From positions 1 through 64,000 of the IMG/VR virus record IMGVR_UViG_3300029922_000038: a stretch of 64,000 nt of DNA; one strand, 5' to 3'. The position numbers were made by a program, and so were the translations under genes. Below, piece by piece: positions 37,991 through 51,700 of the stretch; positions within the stretch are counted from its first letter, which is position 1; each line of letters starts with the position of its first letter. This DNA comes from a virus. Under the pieces are notes generated by a model. The model searched no databases, was not told the origin of the DNA, and worked only from the letters and a program-made list of their open reading frames with translations.

Positions 37991-38245
37991 ATGAGTAAGG
38001 CAGAATATGATTATAATAAATACTTTGAAGGGAGACCAGTAAATATATATTGGTATGAGACAGATGAATTATTTATGGAATGTCATTCTATTAATAAAGC
38101 AGCTTCTATATTAGGATGTAGTTCAGGTCAAGTTACAAAATGTTTAAACAATAAACCTAAAACAGAAGGTAAGAAAGCATTAAGTATAACTTCATCAAGA
38201 GGTACATTTTATGTAAAAGATAAGAAAGTAGAGAAAAATGGGTAA
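37991..38245 (+). CDS. NUMOD1-like HTH protein
   Basis: SINKAASILGCSSGQVTKCL. Confidence 0.7.
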   Translation: MSKAEYDYNKYFEGRPVNIYWYETDELFMECHSINKAASILGCSSGQVTKCLNNKPKTEGKKALSITSSRGTFYVKDKKVEKNG

Positions 38246-38531
38246 TATTAAAACTTCTAAAGTTACTTTTTTAAAAGGTGCAGTTGGTAATACTGAATGG
38301 TGGACTGAACATGATTGGGAAGAACATAGAAAGAATGTAATGGAGCTAAAAGCTATTGGGGAATATTTAAAACCAGTAGAAATAACTGTTTCTTGGACAG
38401 ATTTTCCAGAATCATTTAATATTACTAAAGAAGATCCTTCATTAGTATCTTATGGATATGGTCTTATAGATACTTCTGATTATTACCCAAGTAGAATGAT
38501 ATATTCAAATAAAAAAGAAGATGGAGAATGA
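38238..38531 (+). CDS. hypothetical protein
   Basis: Packed ORF. Confidence 0.7.
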   Translation: MGNIKTSKVTFLKGAVGNTEWWTEHDWEEHRKNVMELKAIGEYLKPVEITVSWTDFPESFNITKEDPSLVSYGYGLIDTSDYYPSRMIYSNKKEDGE

Positions 38532-38730
38532 AGATTTAAAAATTAGTAGTCTAAATAGTGAAATGTTACAATACAAAATAATTGGATATTTAAAAATATT
38601 AAAAAGTGAAAGAGTAAAAGCTATGTTTAAAGCCAACAATGTAAATTTAGGTATATTAGAAGAATTTATATATAGTTATAAAAAACATTTTGATATTAAA
38701 GAAGAAACTAATGGAAAAGCTAATATATAA
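38521..38730 (+). CDS. hypothetical protein
   Basis: Packed ORF. Confidence 0.65.
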   Translation: MENEDLKISSLNSEMLQYKIIGYLKILKSERVKAMFKANNVNLGILEEFIYSYKKHFDIKEETNGKANI

Positions 38731-38914
38731 AGATAAAGAATACTCTGATTGTATTTATACTAAACAAGATATTAAATTACCTTTTAGATTTAAACTAAAA
38801 ATACTATTTAGTGATTTATTACAAGTAGATATAAAAATATATACAGAAAAAGAAGTAGGGGAAGCTAAATCAGAGATAAACCTACATACATTTAAAAAAG
38901 ATAAAAAGAAATGA
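38711..38914 (+). CDS. hypothetical protein
   Basis: Track ORF 38690..38914; ATG 38711. Confidence 0.65.
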   Translation: MEKLIYKDKEYSDCIYTKQDIKLPFRFKLKILFSDLLQVDIKIYTEKEVGEAKSEINLHTFKKDKKK

Positions 38915-39336
38915 TTAACTATATAATATTTTGGGTATTGGCATTATTTACAATACTTGCAAATGCCCTATTTGATAAAAATGATGATATAAATAAGAAT
39001 ATTTATGTTAATCATTTAGAAGAAGGAATATTTAGTGGATTTATAATAGCTGTAATATGTTTTGCATGTTTTAGTTATGATATAGTAAATTTCCATAATT
39101 GGTATCCTTTTATATTTAATCTAAGTTTATATCTTCCTGTAAGGTGGATAGTATTTGACTTATTCTTAAATGATATAAGAAATAAGCCCCTTTTATATAT
39201 TGGGGAATTGAAACCTACAAGTTCAATAACTGATAAATTCTTACATTGGGTAGGAAAAGATTTTCAAATACCTATGAAACTATTACTATTAATAATAGTA
39301 ATTGTTGTAAATTTGTTAATAATTAAAAAAATATAA
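38911..39336 (+). CDS. multi-TM membrane protein
   Basis: 3-4 hydrophobic segments; RWIVFD..LN..R. Confidence 0.8.
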   Translation: MINYIIFWVLALFTILANALFDKNDDINKNIYVNHLEEGIFSGFIIAVICFACFSYDIVNFHNWYPFIFNLSLYLPVRWIVFDLFLNDIRNKPLLYIGELKPTSSITDKFLHWVGKDFQIPMKLLLLIIVIVVNLLIIKKI

Positions 39337-39337
39337 A

Positions 39338-39517
39338 ATGACATTAAGTAAAGTAAGTACAGGAGTTGTACTATTTTTAATAGCTTTAGCTATTATACCA
39401 GCAGCAGTAAATTTTATGGATTACCCTAAAAATACATATGGGGGTTGGTGGACTGCTCCAGTATTAGCAGTAGTAATCTATTTTGCTTTTGCTATATTTG
39501 GTAAAGGAAAAGAATAA
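39338..39517 (+). CDS. small 2-TM protein (59 aa), holin-like topology
   Basis: Read by hand: MTLSKVSTGVVLFLIALAIIPAAV...WWTAPVLAVVIYFAFAIFGKGKE. Confidence 0.7.
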   Translation: MTLSKVSTGVVLFLIALAIIPAAVNFMDYPKNTYGGWWTAPVLAVVIYFAFAIFGKGKE

Positions 39518-39687
39518 TTAGCTATGCCCCATCAGGTATAAAACCTTCAGAATAGATTGATTTATACCCTATAGGGTATAAAATTTGTCGCAAATATTTA
39601 CTACTTTTGCAACAAAATATAAAGAAATCTGCCTTCAGTGAGAAGAATTGTTCGTAATTTAAGTGTGTTAAAAGTGGTAAAAGTGGT

Positions 39688-39719
39688 AAAAGGGGTTAGA
39701 AATAACCCCTTTTATTTTT
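39688..39719. terminator. bidirectional terminator at convergence of gene blocks
   Basis: AAAAGGGGTTA-GAAA-TAACCCCTTTT. Confidence 0.85.
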
Positions 39720-42700
39720 AATATGTTTTAGTAAGTGATTCCTCTGTAGAAAGAACTTGGTCAGTAAGAGGTAAAGCCTTCTTCACAGCCCTTCCAATTC
39801 TTGATTGACCACTATACTCACCACCAGTTATTTTATCCTTACCAGTAGAAGCATATTGCCCTACAGCATGAAATATTTTACCAAAGTTAGTTACTGTTTG
39901 TACAGCAGGTATTACGTTCTTACTCATATCTACAAATGAACCTGGATTATAGTAAAATGAAAGTTCATCTAAATTCCTATGTAAGATATTAGACATATAA
40001 GTAAGCATCTTAGGATGATTTTTATCTTTATCTTTTTTAATAGCCATAAATGCAATCAGCATAGTTGACATTAACATCATCTCTTTAATATTAGCTCTCA
40101 TATTAGCAATATCAACAGGAGATAAACCATCTATTTCAGTATCTCTATTTAATAACTGATTTTTAGCTATTTTAAAAAATGATTGCATAGATTTAGTAAT
40201 GCTATTATTATTTGCCCTATACATATCTCTAATAGATAACCATCTTCCTTTAAATTCTCTACCTAAGTCTTCATCATAATAAGATTCTGCTAACCTATTA
40301 TTGAATGTATTAGGTATCCAGTTTCTAAATGTGAAAGCTAATCTACCAATTGCATTCTTTTTAGCTAATACTGCATAAGCATTATGGTAGTTACCGTGTA
40401 TAATTTCAGATAACTTTTTAACCCGTAAAGCAGCATCCTTCATTATCCTACTATCTTCTAAGTGTGAGAACTCTGGTTTAAATCCAGTACTTGTTCTTGC
40501 ATCCCATAAATTATAGAATTGTTGTTTACCTTTAGCATCAATATAATAAGTTTCTCCTTTATCATTAGATACAGGCATATGTAGAAGTGCAGCAACCATC
40601 ATTCTACCCTGACCTATAATTTCCTGATTCTTCATCATGAACATAAGCTTGTTCATAACTCCTTTTGCTTTAGATTGCCCTATTTCTTCAAATTCTCCAA
40701 TAGTGCCCATCTTTTGCATCATATCATTAAATTTGGCTCTTGTTTCTTTATTTACTGAATTAGTAATTAAACCAGCTTTCCTATATTCTTTAGTACTAAA
40801 ATCAGTACCATAAGAAGCATGTATTCTATTAGTAATACCAAGTAGCGTATGCCTTGTAATAGCCGCAAGTGGGTTCATTGCAAGTCTTGTAAATACAGTT
40901 GTATGAAGAAGTGCATCTATTGCTTTAGCTCCTGAAAATACTTTACCATTTTCATCAGGTTTACCTTCCATTTCTTCTGCTTTTCTATTACCATAGAAAG
41001 CATCTACACTATATTCTGCTCTTTCAATAGTATGTTTGAGGTCTTTATTACCTTTAATATTCTCTTGATTTCTAATAACATCTAAGCCATTAAGGATAGC
41101 ATCTTCAACTTCAGTTTTAACCTTAACTGCTGCTCCCATTTCTACATATTTCTTAAATATAGTAGGAATATCATCTAATCTATCCTCTTGTGAAAGCTTG
41201 TCTCCCATCATACCATTTCTTAATCTTGCAATGGGTTTATTAGTAGCAGGGTCAATAGCATCATTTGTATGGTCAACAGCATCTTTATAAAGAGTATCTT
41301 GAGCTTCTTTTTTTAATCTACCAAATACTCCATCTACATCAAATAAGTTTTTCATAAGAGGTCTTGCAAGTTCAGGTAAATCCGACTTCTTCATAGATTT
41401 ACCCATATCAAGATAAGGATCATATTTCTCTCTAAGTGAAAAAAGATATTTATAATATTCTTGTAATTTTGGATTACTCTCAAGTGCATTATATTTAGAT
41501 TCTACCCATTCATCATTTACTTTCTCTGGGATAAGATACTTTTGCCCCCCTTTTTTCCATAAGGCTTTTGTATTAGCTTCCCCATTCCTAATGTCATTTT
41601 CAGTAGAATATCTTATAAATGGACTATTTTCATGTTCCCATTCTTTTAATCTATCTGTTTTAGCTTTTAAGTAAACAGCTTCATTTTCAGATTTAGTTTC
41701 TCCAAATTCAATATCTAAAGTATTATCAAGATGTTTAATATAATTAGTTCTATCTTCTTCATACTTATCTAATAATTCTTTCTGTCTTGCATGAGAATCT
41801 TCACTAAATCTATCATCAGTTTCTCCATTTTTAACCTTATTAATATCTATCCTATATTTATTATTTAGTCTAAATAGACTCAATTCCCCTATTTTAGATT
41901 TATCTCCTTTATTAATTTCATCTTGAATTTCTTTTTCTTTAATATAATATTCAAGTCCAGTTCTTGTAATAAGTTCTTTCTTATTATCTAAGCCAGTTCT
42001 TGTAATCCTATCATGAAAATCTTTACCTAATGATTTAGTAAGGTCTTTATTATATTCTTCTAATTTCTTTTTAATATCATGACTTTCATTTTCTCCATCT
42101 TGTGTAGATTCAGATATATATCTTTGTACAAGTCTTTCATTTGCATTATGGGATAAACTACTATTTACAAATCTTGAACCTGCCCATCCAGTATCCTTAT
42201 CTGCATTAAACATATCTTCTTTATAGATATTACCAAAGGTATTATTACCTTCTTTAAGGGCAACTATTCTTTGAGCACTTAATAATCTTTTTTCTGCATC
42301 TGAAAACTTAACTAAGAATTTACCAACAGCTTCTGATTCAGGATTATCTTCACTATGGTCAAAACTCTTTAATAGTGAATCATATCCCCCCATATAAATC
42401 TTAGCTATTTTAAGATTATGAGAAGTAGGATTACCATTTATTAATTGATTAGCTTTAGTAAGATTATCATTAGACAAGGAGAGAACAGATTGTAAATCCT
42501 GTTTAGCTACTAATTTCTTAATTTGAACATTAATATTCTGCAAAGCTTCATCTTTAGCTGTTACTTCATTAGAAGTAATTACTTTTTGATTTTCCCAGGT
42601 TCTCTTTTGATTTTCTAATTGCATAAGTACTTTTCTAATACCAGGATCAGTAATAGAATCATATTTATCTTTCTTATTTTCATCTTTAAAAGAAGGACTT

Positions 42701-45700
42701 TCGGCAGTTAGATTTACATCTTCTAACTTTTTATTAAGAACTTCTTTTAATTTATTCCAATTCTCTTGAAAATCAGTCTTTCTACCTTCTAAATTATCTT
42801 CTACCCAATTTGCAATAGCTATTTTAGCCTTTTCTCCAGGAGTTGCATTTGGATTATCTAATACTGTTTGTTTATATTGTTCAGTTTTATTAATCTTACC
42901 ATATAAATTACTGATAATAGGATTTTTATCCCCTAATAGTTCTATAACTTTATTACCAGAACCCCTATCTACTTCTGATGGATTAGAAAGAGCATATTTA
43001 ATTTGAGATAGTCCAGTATCTATTTTTTCAGGTTCTACTATATTTTGTTTTTCTTTTTCCCCATCTAAAGAAGTAAGTTTTAATACATTAGATACTAATT
43101 CTGATAAAGCAGAGCCTTCTTTAAGATTAGGAAATACAATAGTTTTAATAAGGTCAACTATTCTTTGAAGAATAGATTTACCACCATATTCTAAATTATT
43201 AAGCTCTCTTTGTAATCTTGGATCAGATAAACCATAAGATATAAGTTCTCCTATACCATATTGCTTATTATCAGAACCTTTATCATGAGCATTATTAAAT
43301 ATATGGTCTAATAGAGCCTTAGTATTATCCTCTCCACCTACTTCAGTACCTCTATGTAACTGTATTTTATCTTGATTCTTATCTACAAATTCATATAATT
43401 TCTCTAATGATTTAATCGCAGTTACTTTTTTAATATCTGTAATTTTACCATCATAATAATCATGTAAATCTTTTAGAGTTAATCCATGTAAAGCTTCATG
43501 GAAGATGGTTTCTTGTTGCCTACCTTCATTTTCTTCTTCTAAAGGATTAAATTTAAGTGTAGTATCTCCACTTTCCTGACCTACATGAGCACTACCTTTA
43601 ACTTTGAGTGTAGTAAATTCATTTTTCATATCTCCTATTTTTGGTAAAATAAGAGAAGCTAATTCTTTATAAGCAGGAGTAGCAGGGTCTTCTATAATAG
43701 CCCTAAGTGTATCTTCTGTTTTACCTCCATCTAAATGATATTTTTGACCTAATTGATAAGCAGTAGGTAATTCTTTAAAATTAGTAGGTTGTTTTTCAGG
43801 AATATCTGCTCCAGGTAAAGTATTATTTTCTACTTTTTGATAGCTATCTATATTATTCTCTTTATATAAAGAATGATTTACATCTTTATCAAAACTATAT
43901 TCATACATATTACCAGTGCCAAGAGTATTTATCTTTTGATATACACCATCTTCTCTATCTTCATATAATCTATATTTATTAGATGTTTTAGAATATCTTG
44001 AAAGATACTTAGGTGCTTGCCATACATCATTAACTTTATCCCTTCTAAAAGATACCATATCATTAGAATCCAAATTCTTTAATTTAAAAGAATCTATATC
44101 CCCATCTTTACCTTTAACATCAGTAATTTGAGTAACATCTTGTTTAACCCTCGTTGCTTGAGTAGGATTATGTTGAAATACTTGTCTTTGTACTCTATTA
44201 AAAGCTAAAGAATCATTGAAATCTATTTTACCTTTTTCAGAAATAAGATTTTCTTTAGCCCAATCAATAGGAATATATTTAACAAAAGAACTTCTTGATT
44301 GTACTCCACCATTAAGATAGGAATAAGTAATTAAATCTTTTGCTATTTCTCTAACTTCAGGGTCTTTAGAATGAATAGCATTATACCATTTTAAACTATT
44401 ATCAAATGAAGTATTATCATCCTCTGCTTTTGCAGCATCATAATTAATTTCATCAGGATTACCATAAGATTTAGATAATTTAATACCAGAAGCTAATCTA
44501 TCTAACCAAGGATCTTTAGTTCTTGCTTCCATAACTCTGATGGCAAGGGATTTATTAGAATAAATTTTATTACCGTTTTCATCAAGAGTATATTCACTTA
44601 CATTTAATCTTTTTCTATCCCCCTCTATATCATTAGATATAAAACCTTCTTTAGTAAAAGAAGAAGCCTTCATATTAGTGTGCATGAGGTCATACACTTT
44701 AGAAGTAAGAAAGTTAGATTTACCCACTTCTTTTAGAAAACTATTTTCAAATCCCTCATAGGATTTAGTATAATAAGGAAATAATGTGCCTAATGTTTCT
44801 GCTGCATCTAATCCTGTTTTAATAATATTACCCTCTCTTGTCCTCTGCCCATCTTTAGCAAAAAATTCATTTCCACCATTAATATGAGGAAGGCCATCTT
44901 GAAGAATACTACTTATTTTTTCATTAGCTAATTTAACATCAGATATAGATTTACCTAACCCTTGTGAAGCAGGAGTCATAGCAGACTTTAAAGTTGTCAT
45001 ATCTCCAGCTATTTTATCATAAGCAATAAAGTTATAAAGTGCTTGATTTTGTACTTTAGTATCCCCATTAGTGAGAGAATCATTCATCTCCTGCCTTGAA
45101 AGAGCTTTTACTTCAGTAACTCCTCTACTTTTTAAATCAGCTAAAGTTTTATCTGTAAGCTGTCTTTTAGTAAGTTTATCTTCAAAAGATAATGTAGGAT
45201 CATTAAGAGATTCTAATTTAGATATATAATTTTCAATAGAAGGTTGTCTTAGAAAAGGTACAGTAAAAGTTTCATCAAATCCTGTTTTATTAAGTAATTC
45301 ATTAACTCCAAAAGTAAAAGTATTAATACCAGCTTTTGCAAGTATTTGAGCTTTAGCTTGGTCAACTGCTGATTGAAGTATTTCCCCTATATAAGAGGAT
45401 ATTGGTTTTCCATTAAACCCTTGTGTTTTATTAAGAATATATGCACCTTTTCTAATTTCACTATTATCATGATATATAGAACCATTATCTTGTTTAAATA
45501 AGACTGCATCATCATGGGTATTACCATTTTTATCTTCTAATCCTTGTGCAATATGTAGAGAAGTTTCTTGAGATAAAGTATGATTTCTAAGTGAAGAAGC
45601 TGCCATTGCAGTAATATCTTTACCTGCTTTATTATCTTTAAATACTTTATCTGTAGTACCCCAATAGAGAATGGAACCCTGTTTAGTATCTTTATTAATA

Positions 45701-48700
45701 AGGGCATCTATTCTATCAGATTCTGTTTTAAGATTACTAAAATCAGCAGGAGACATAGTTTTATTAAGTAACTCTTCAGAACCTGCTATTTTATGATTAA
45801 TATCTATAATCTTATTTTGTTTAGATTCTACTGTATCCTGATTAGAGTCTACTTTTGATAATTTACCATCTTCTTCTAAATCATAATTATAAGTAAGATT
45901 ATAAAGTTTATCAATATCAAAGTCAGACCCCATCTGTTTAACAATTTCATGGGGTACTAAAGCCATATCCTGATGACGTGGATCTAAATATCTAACTACT
46001 TTAAATCTCATTGTAGAATTATGTGGAAGGTGTGGTATCCTCATTCCTATATGAAAATGAAGTTCATCATCCATCATACCTTCTTTTGGAGTACCATCTT
46101 TATTTATATACTTAGTATAATCAAGTAAATTACCTTCTTTATCTTTAAATCTCCAAGGAAGTGCTATTTCAGAATATCTTGAATTATCTTTAGGGTCTAT
46201 TAATTGATAACCTAATCTTTTATATCCTACGGAAGAAGTCTGAATATATGAATGTCCTGGAAGTTGAATATCCATCAAATTATTACTTATAAGGGAAGTA
46301 ATCATAGGTTCAATCTTCTCTGCTTTAGTAGAATATGCCATATCAATAGCAAATTTACCAGTTGCAGAATTAATTTTAAGTGCAGCAAGTTCATTAGGAT
46401 TCCAGCCTAATGATTCTCCTTGTTTAATAAGATAGTTGCTTAGTTTAGTAAGATCTTTTAACTGACCATCTTTTACACCCCATTCTTCATTAAGTTTAGT
46501 ATGGGCATTATTAATTAACCATGAGTGAGCTTCATTATAAGGAGTTCTTAATTCTCCAATAGTAGTATCCCCAATTTTAAAATCATCTGATAAATCAGCA
46601 AATAAGTTTACCCTTTCTTGTGTAGGTTGAGCAATAGTATTATCATCATGATGAGGCATATCTTGCTGAATACCCCATCCCTCTCTTGGGATAGTTACAC
46701 TATTATTAGCAATTAAATCTTCTAAATTATCTACTATATTACCATCTTCATCCCATATAGAAATAGGAGATTGCATGCCTAATTTAGCACCAGATTCATA
46801 AATAGCAGAAGCTATATCATACTTCTCCATCATCTTTCTCAAAGCATCCATTGAATGACCTTCTGTAATATCTTGTGATAATACTGCTTGTGAAGTCTTG
46901 TTATAGATAGCTTTATTAATACCATTATCAATATCAGAAGAAGTATCAACTGGCTTATTAGGTTGTAAATGTATATCTTCTTCTGGGCTAAGTTCTATGT
47001 GATGACTACCATCTTCTACTGACTTATCTATCTTTGATATAATAGAGTTATAAATAGAAGGTTCTATTTTACCCATTTTATATTGCCCATATAAATATTC
47101 TTTTCTTGTAGAAAGTTCTTGAGCATCAGTAGCATTAATAGCATTCTTTTCTTTATATTGATCAAGGGTTTCATTAAGAACTTTACCATCTAAATCATCT
47201 GATATAAATTTAGGATAGAAATCTTTAAGATAAATAACTTTTCTTGTTTCTCCTTTACCAAAGTTAGGTACTTCTCTTGGTGCTATTTGCATAGCTGCTC
47301 TTTTATGAAAATTATCAAGGGTTTCTTGAATAGACTTTTTACCAAATTGAGCAGGATCATTAAATAAGGTAGCTAATAAATTAGCTTTATTTATAGCATC
47401 ATTTACTAAGAAATCAACTGCTGAATGTTTAATAACATCTTGTAATTTATCAGCTATATTTGTAGATGCGCTATTTTTAATAACATCTTGTTTATATGAT
47501 TTATCCCCAAGTATATCTTCTATCCCAGATTTATTATTAGATATAATGCCAGATTTCCTCCAATCTTCAATAGTCTGTTTAACCATTCCATCAAGTTCAG
47601 TTCTGATTATATCTTTTACATGATTCATAATATCATGTGCAAATGGTACTTGTGTCTCCTGTTTACCACTTATTTTATCAAATGCTTCAGGACTAACTTT
47701 AAATACTTCAGGATTTATTTTACCATTCTTTAAATATAATCCTATATCTCCAGGTTTTTCACTGATAGAATCATTCATTGAAGGGAATAAGAAGAATTTT
47801 AATCCTGCTTTTGCCCCAGTGTGATAGTTTTGTAGATATTGTTTTTTAGTAAAAGTTTTATCTTCTTCTTTAGTAGTAGTATCCTCTGCTTGTTCTATTT
47901 GTTTAGCTGTTTGCCTAACCCTATACATTTCTCCAGCAACAGCATTATAGAAATTATCTATAACATGTTCAGGGAAATTATATTTACCATCCTGAAAGTT
48001 CCAACCATCTATATTAACTTTAGCGTCATTAATACTTTGAGTCATAGATTTATCAGATAAAGTATATCCAGTAAATTTACCATAATTAGTACCTTGATTC
48101 TGAAATAAAACTAATTGTGTAAGTTGTCTTACTTTATCATTCATATCACCTTTAGTAATAGGATCTTCTTTAGACCCCCACATATCAGTAGTATCAAATA
48201 ATTTAATGACAAAGTTTTTAGCTCTTTCAGTATCCCTTACAAATGATTTAATAAGAGGATTGTTAGTAGCAAAAGCTGTTTGTTCAAGTTCTGCTGCCCT
48301 ACCAGTAGATTGTAAATTATTAAGAGTATCACTTTGATAAGTAGTCTTATTTATTAAGAATACACTATTCCCTTCTCCATTTCTATAAGAAGCCCCCCAA
48401 TTGTCACTTTCTTCTTTAGCTGCTGCTCTTGCAAGCATATTTAAAGATGAAGTTTCAGTAGAAAAAGGATTATTCTTATCAAATAAATCATCTGTATTCT
48501 TTTCATCACTCTTTAATCCAGCAAGTCTTTGAAAAATATAAATAAGTTTACCACTAAATATTTCTTTATCTGTTAAAGGTCTTTTAGTATCATCATTAGG
48601 ATTATATTTAATATTCTCCTTATCTCCACTTACATTTCTAAGCATTTTGGGGGTAACATCTATGCCTACTTCATTAAAATGTTTGGCAATATCTGCCATT

Positions 48701-51700
48701 TGTTCATCTGAATAATACCCATTTGGGGTAGCAGAATTAACTAATTTAGTATAACTATTAAGCAATTCTTTAGCTTTATCAGTATTTATTTGATAACCCC
48801 CTCTATTTTCTCCTGTTTCAGAAGATTTTATATATTCACTACCTAATAATTGATTTTTCCATCTTTCACTAATCCTATTAGTAAGACCACTTTTGCTTGC
48901 ATTTTGTATGTAAGCTGCCATTTCCCCCTTCTTATTATCTAAAAGTACAGAATCATAATCAGATAATTTCTTTCTAAAGTTAGTGTTAAACTCATTTATA
49001 AGTTGAATATCTGCTTTTTGAATATCCCCACCACCTGTTAATTTGTCATATAATGCTTTTAAGTTAGGATTTTTAGCTGCCAATTCTTGTAATTTGCCTA
49101 ATATATTATAAGAAGGTGTATCTACAAGGTGCATAAGTACCCTATTATAGAGTGCTGTATAATCCTGAAACTTTTGAGTACCTAAAATAGATTCTACAGG
49201 TTTACCTTCTTTATCCATTTCTGGTATAAAGTACATAAACTTTCTCATATTAGCAGAAGCACTATCTTTAGGATTAATCTTTAAAGATGCCCCATCGCTA
49301 TAATTAATTCCGGCAACTCTTTCTTCTTCAGATAGGGTTTCTCCTTTAATAGAAGTTTTAAAATTATTAAGATTTTGTTCTATTAAACTTTTAAACCCTA
49401 TAAAACCATCTTCTTTTGCATCCCAATGAGCAAGGGCAAGAGTTATAAAAGGTTTAGCAGAATCATTGGTAGTTTTAGAATTTAAACTATTTAAAAATAT
49501 ATCATATACATTATCAAAGGCATCTGCTACACTTTCTCCTTTATTATTAACCTGATCTAAGAAATGATAAGTAAGTTCATCTACTATCTGGCTTTGTTGG
49601 GATAGGGATACATTTTCTAACTTATAATCTTTTATATTTAAAGAAGGTACTGGGCTTTCAGCAGACAGAGTCTTATTAAGGGTAGTAATTACTTCATTGG
49701 TTTTACCCCTCTTTGGAGTAAATTGATGAGTAGTTTCTTCTACCTTAGTTGGTTCTACCCCTGCTACATGAGTAGTTATAGGTTCTTCAATAGGTTTAAT
49801 TTCAGATGGTAATATATCAGTATCAAAAGTAACAGTAGGTTGTACAAAGTAAGACCTACTACCATCTTTTTGTATAATAGGAGATAGATCTGTACTAAGT
49901 ATATTATTCTTTAATAAGAAATCCATATAATTAGGATAATTCTTAACTATATGTGAACCATTTTCATCTACTTGAGAATGGTTATATTCATCCTTAGAAT
50001 CAATAAGATCAGCTTTTACAGTATGGGTTTTACTATCAAGTACAGTAGTTATAGAAGTATTATGTTGGTCTAAATTATATTTAGATTCATCATAAGATTC
50101 TCCTTCTACAAACTTACCAGAAGTACCATAATTAATAATAAGTTTATCATTAACCAATGATATATTAAATGTTTGACTATTAAGTTTTAGGTTCTTAAAG
50201 TCATCACTTACATAAGTAAATTGTTTAATAAAATCTTGTAGCCCTTTTAAAGAACCTACATTATAACCATTAATAATAGTATTACCCTGATGCTTTAAGT
50301 ATGTATTAATAGCTCCAAGAATTAAACTTTTATCATTATTAGATATTTTTGCAATATCTAAAATATGCCCAAAATTAACATCTTGTACAGGAGTTTTAGT
50401 AACCATAACTACAGTACCAGCTATTGCTTGGTTAGTTATAGTTTTATCACTGCCTTGCAGTAACCCATTTGCTTTTACAATAGCTAATTCCCCATCTTCA
50501 AATCTATTAAGATTATTTTTACCAAATGCTTCAGTAGGGGTATTAGTAGTACCTTCTTCTAATATATTCCTATAACCAATACTTTTATCATTTATAACTG
50601 ATTTAAGCGTTTTACCTGGATTTTTTATTAACCAATCCCTTATTAAAGCATGTTCTTTAAATATACTTTCATTTCTATCTTTTAATTCATCACTTGTTCC
50701 AAGATTTTTATTTAGCCAATCTTTTGTATGGAGATATAAATCAGGTTTCCCCTCTTGTGTTATTTTAATAGGTACATTATATATATCTTCTTTATTGGCT
50801 TCATAATCTTCATGTTTAGTATCTAATGATAATTCTATTTCAGAACCCATTTCATAAGAACCAGGAGCAGACATTTGAATATATTTTTGTTCTATTTTAG
50901 GAGTTCCATCTTCATTAAAACTTCTTACTATTGTGTAATGTTCATTTCCTTTAGTATCTATAATAGTATCAACATGAAAATCTGCACTATGAAATGCCGC
51001 TTGTGCTCCTACATTAACTTGTTTACCTTCTTCATCAGTAAGAGGTTTACCAGTTATAGGATTAGTTATTTGACTTTTTTCTCCAACAGTAACATTTTTA
51101 TTAGTTACTTTTTCTTCCTCAATATTAGGATTTTTAACATCCCCTTTAATTATTTTATCTTCTGATACAGGGGATTTTATAAATCCACTATCTCCAAGAA
51201 ATCCTTCTGGATTACCTACCTGATTATCAGCTTCTGTAATTCCCTCTTCACTTGTTGGAGTTCCTTTTCCAATTGTTCCTTCAGTTTCATTAACTCCTGT
51301 ATTTTTTGTATCATCTTCTATTTCTGATTGTTTATTTGTTTTTTTAGTATTATCTTTTCTATCTAATTCTTCTACTCTATCTGTAATTACTTTTTTAACC
51401 TCTGGCTTTTCATCAGAAATTTCATTTGACAAATCTACTAATTTAGTTTTATTAGTTTCATTTTTAACTTCTTTTTTTAAATCTTTAACTCCTTGCTTAT
51501 TCTTTTCAACAATTGCTTGTTTAGTATCTTCAATATTTTTTTTAATAGTTTCAGGATCAGTTGCATCTCTAAACTTATCTCTTGAAATCTTTAATGAGTT
51601 TTCAAGTTCTGCCTTTAGGCCAGCTTTTTGTTTGGTAAAATGTTCAGCTAATGGGTCATCTACTTTAAATGTTCCATCAGTATTCTTTTCTAAATCAGGA

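Noticed and set aside
37991-38245. Free-standing homing endonuclease
   Set aside because: Only a NUMOD1-like HTH, no nuclease domain
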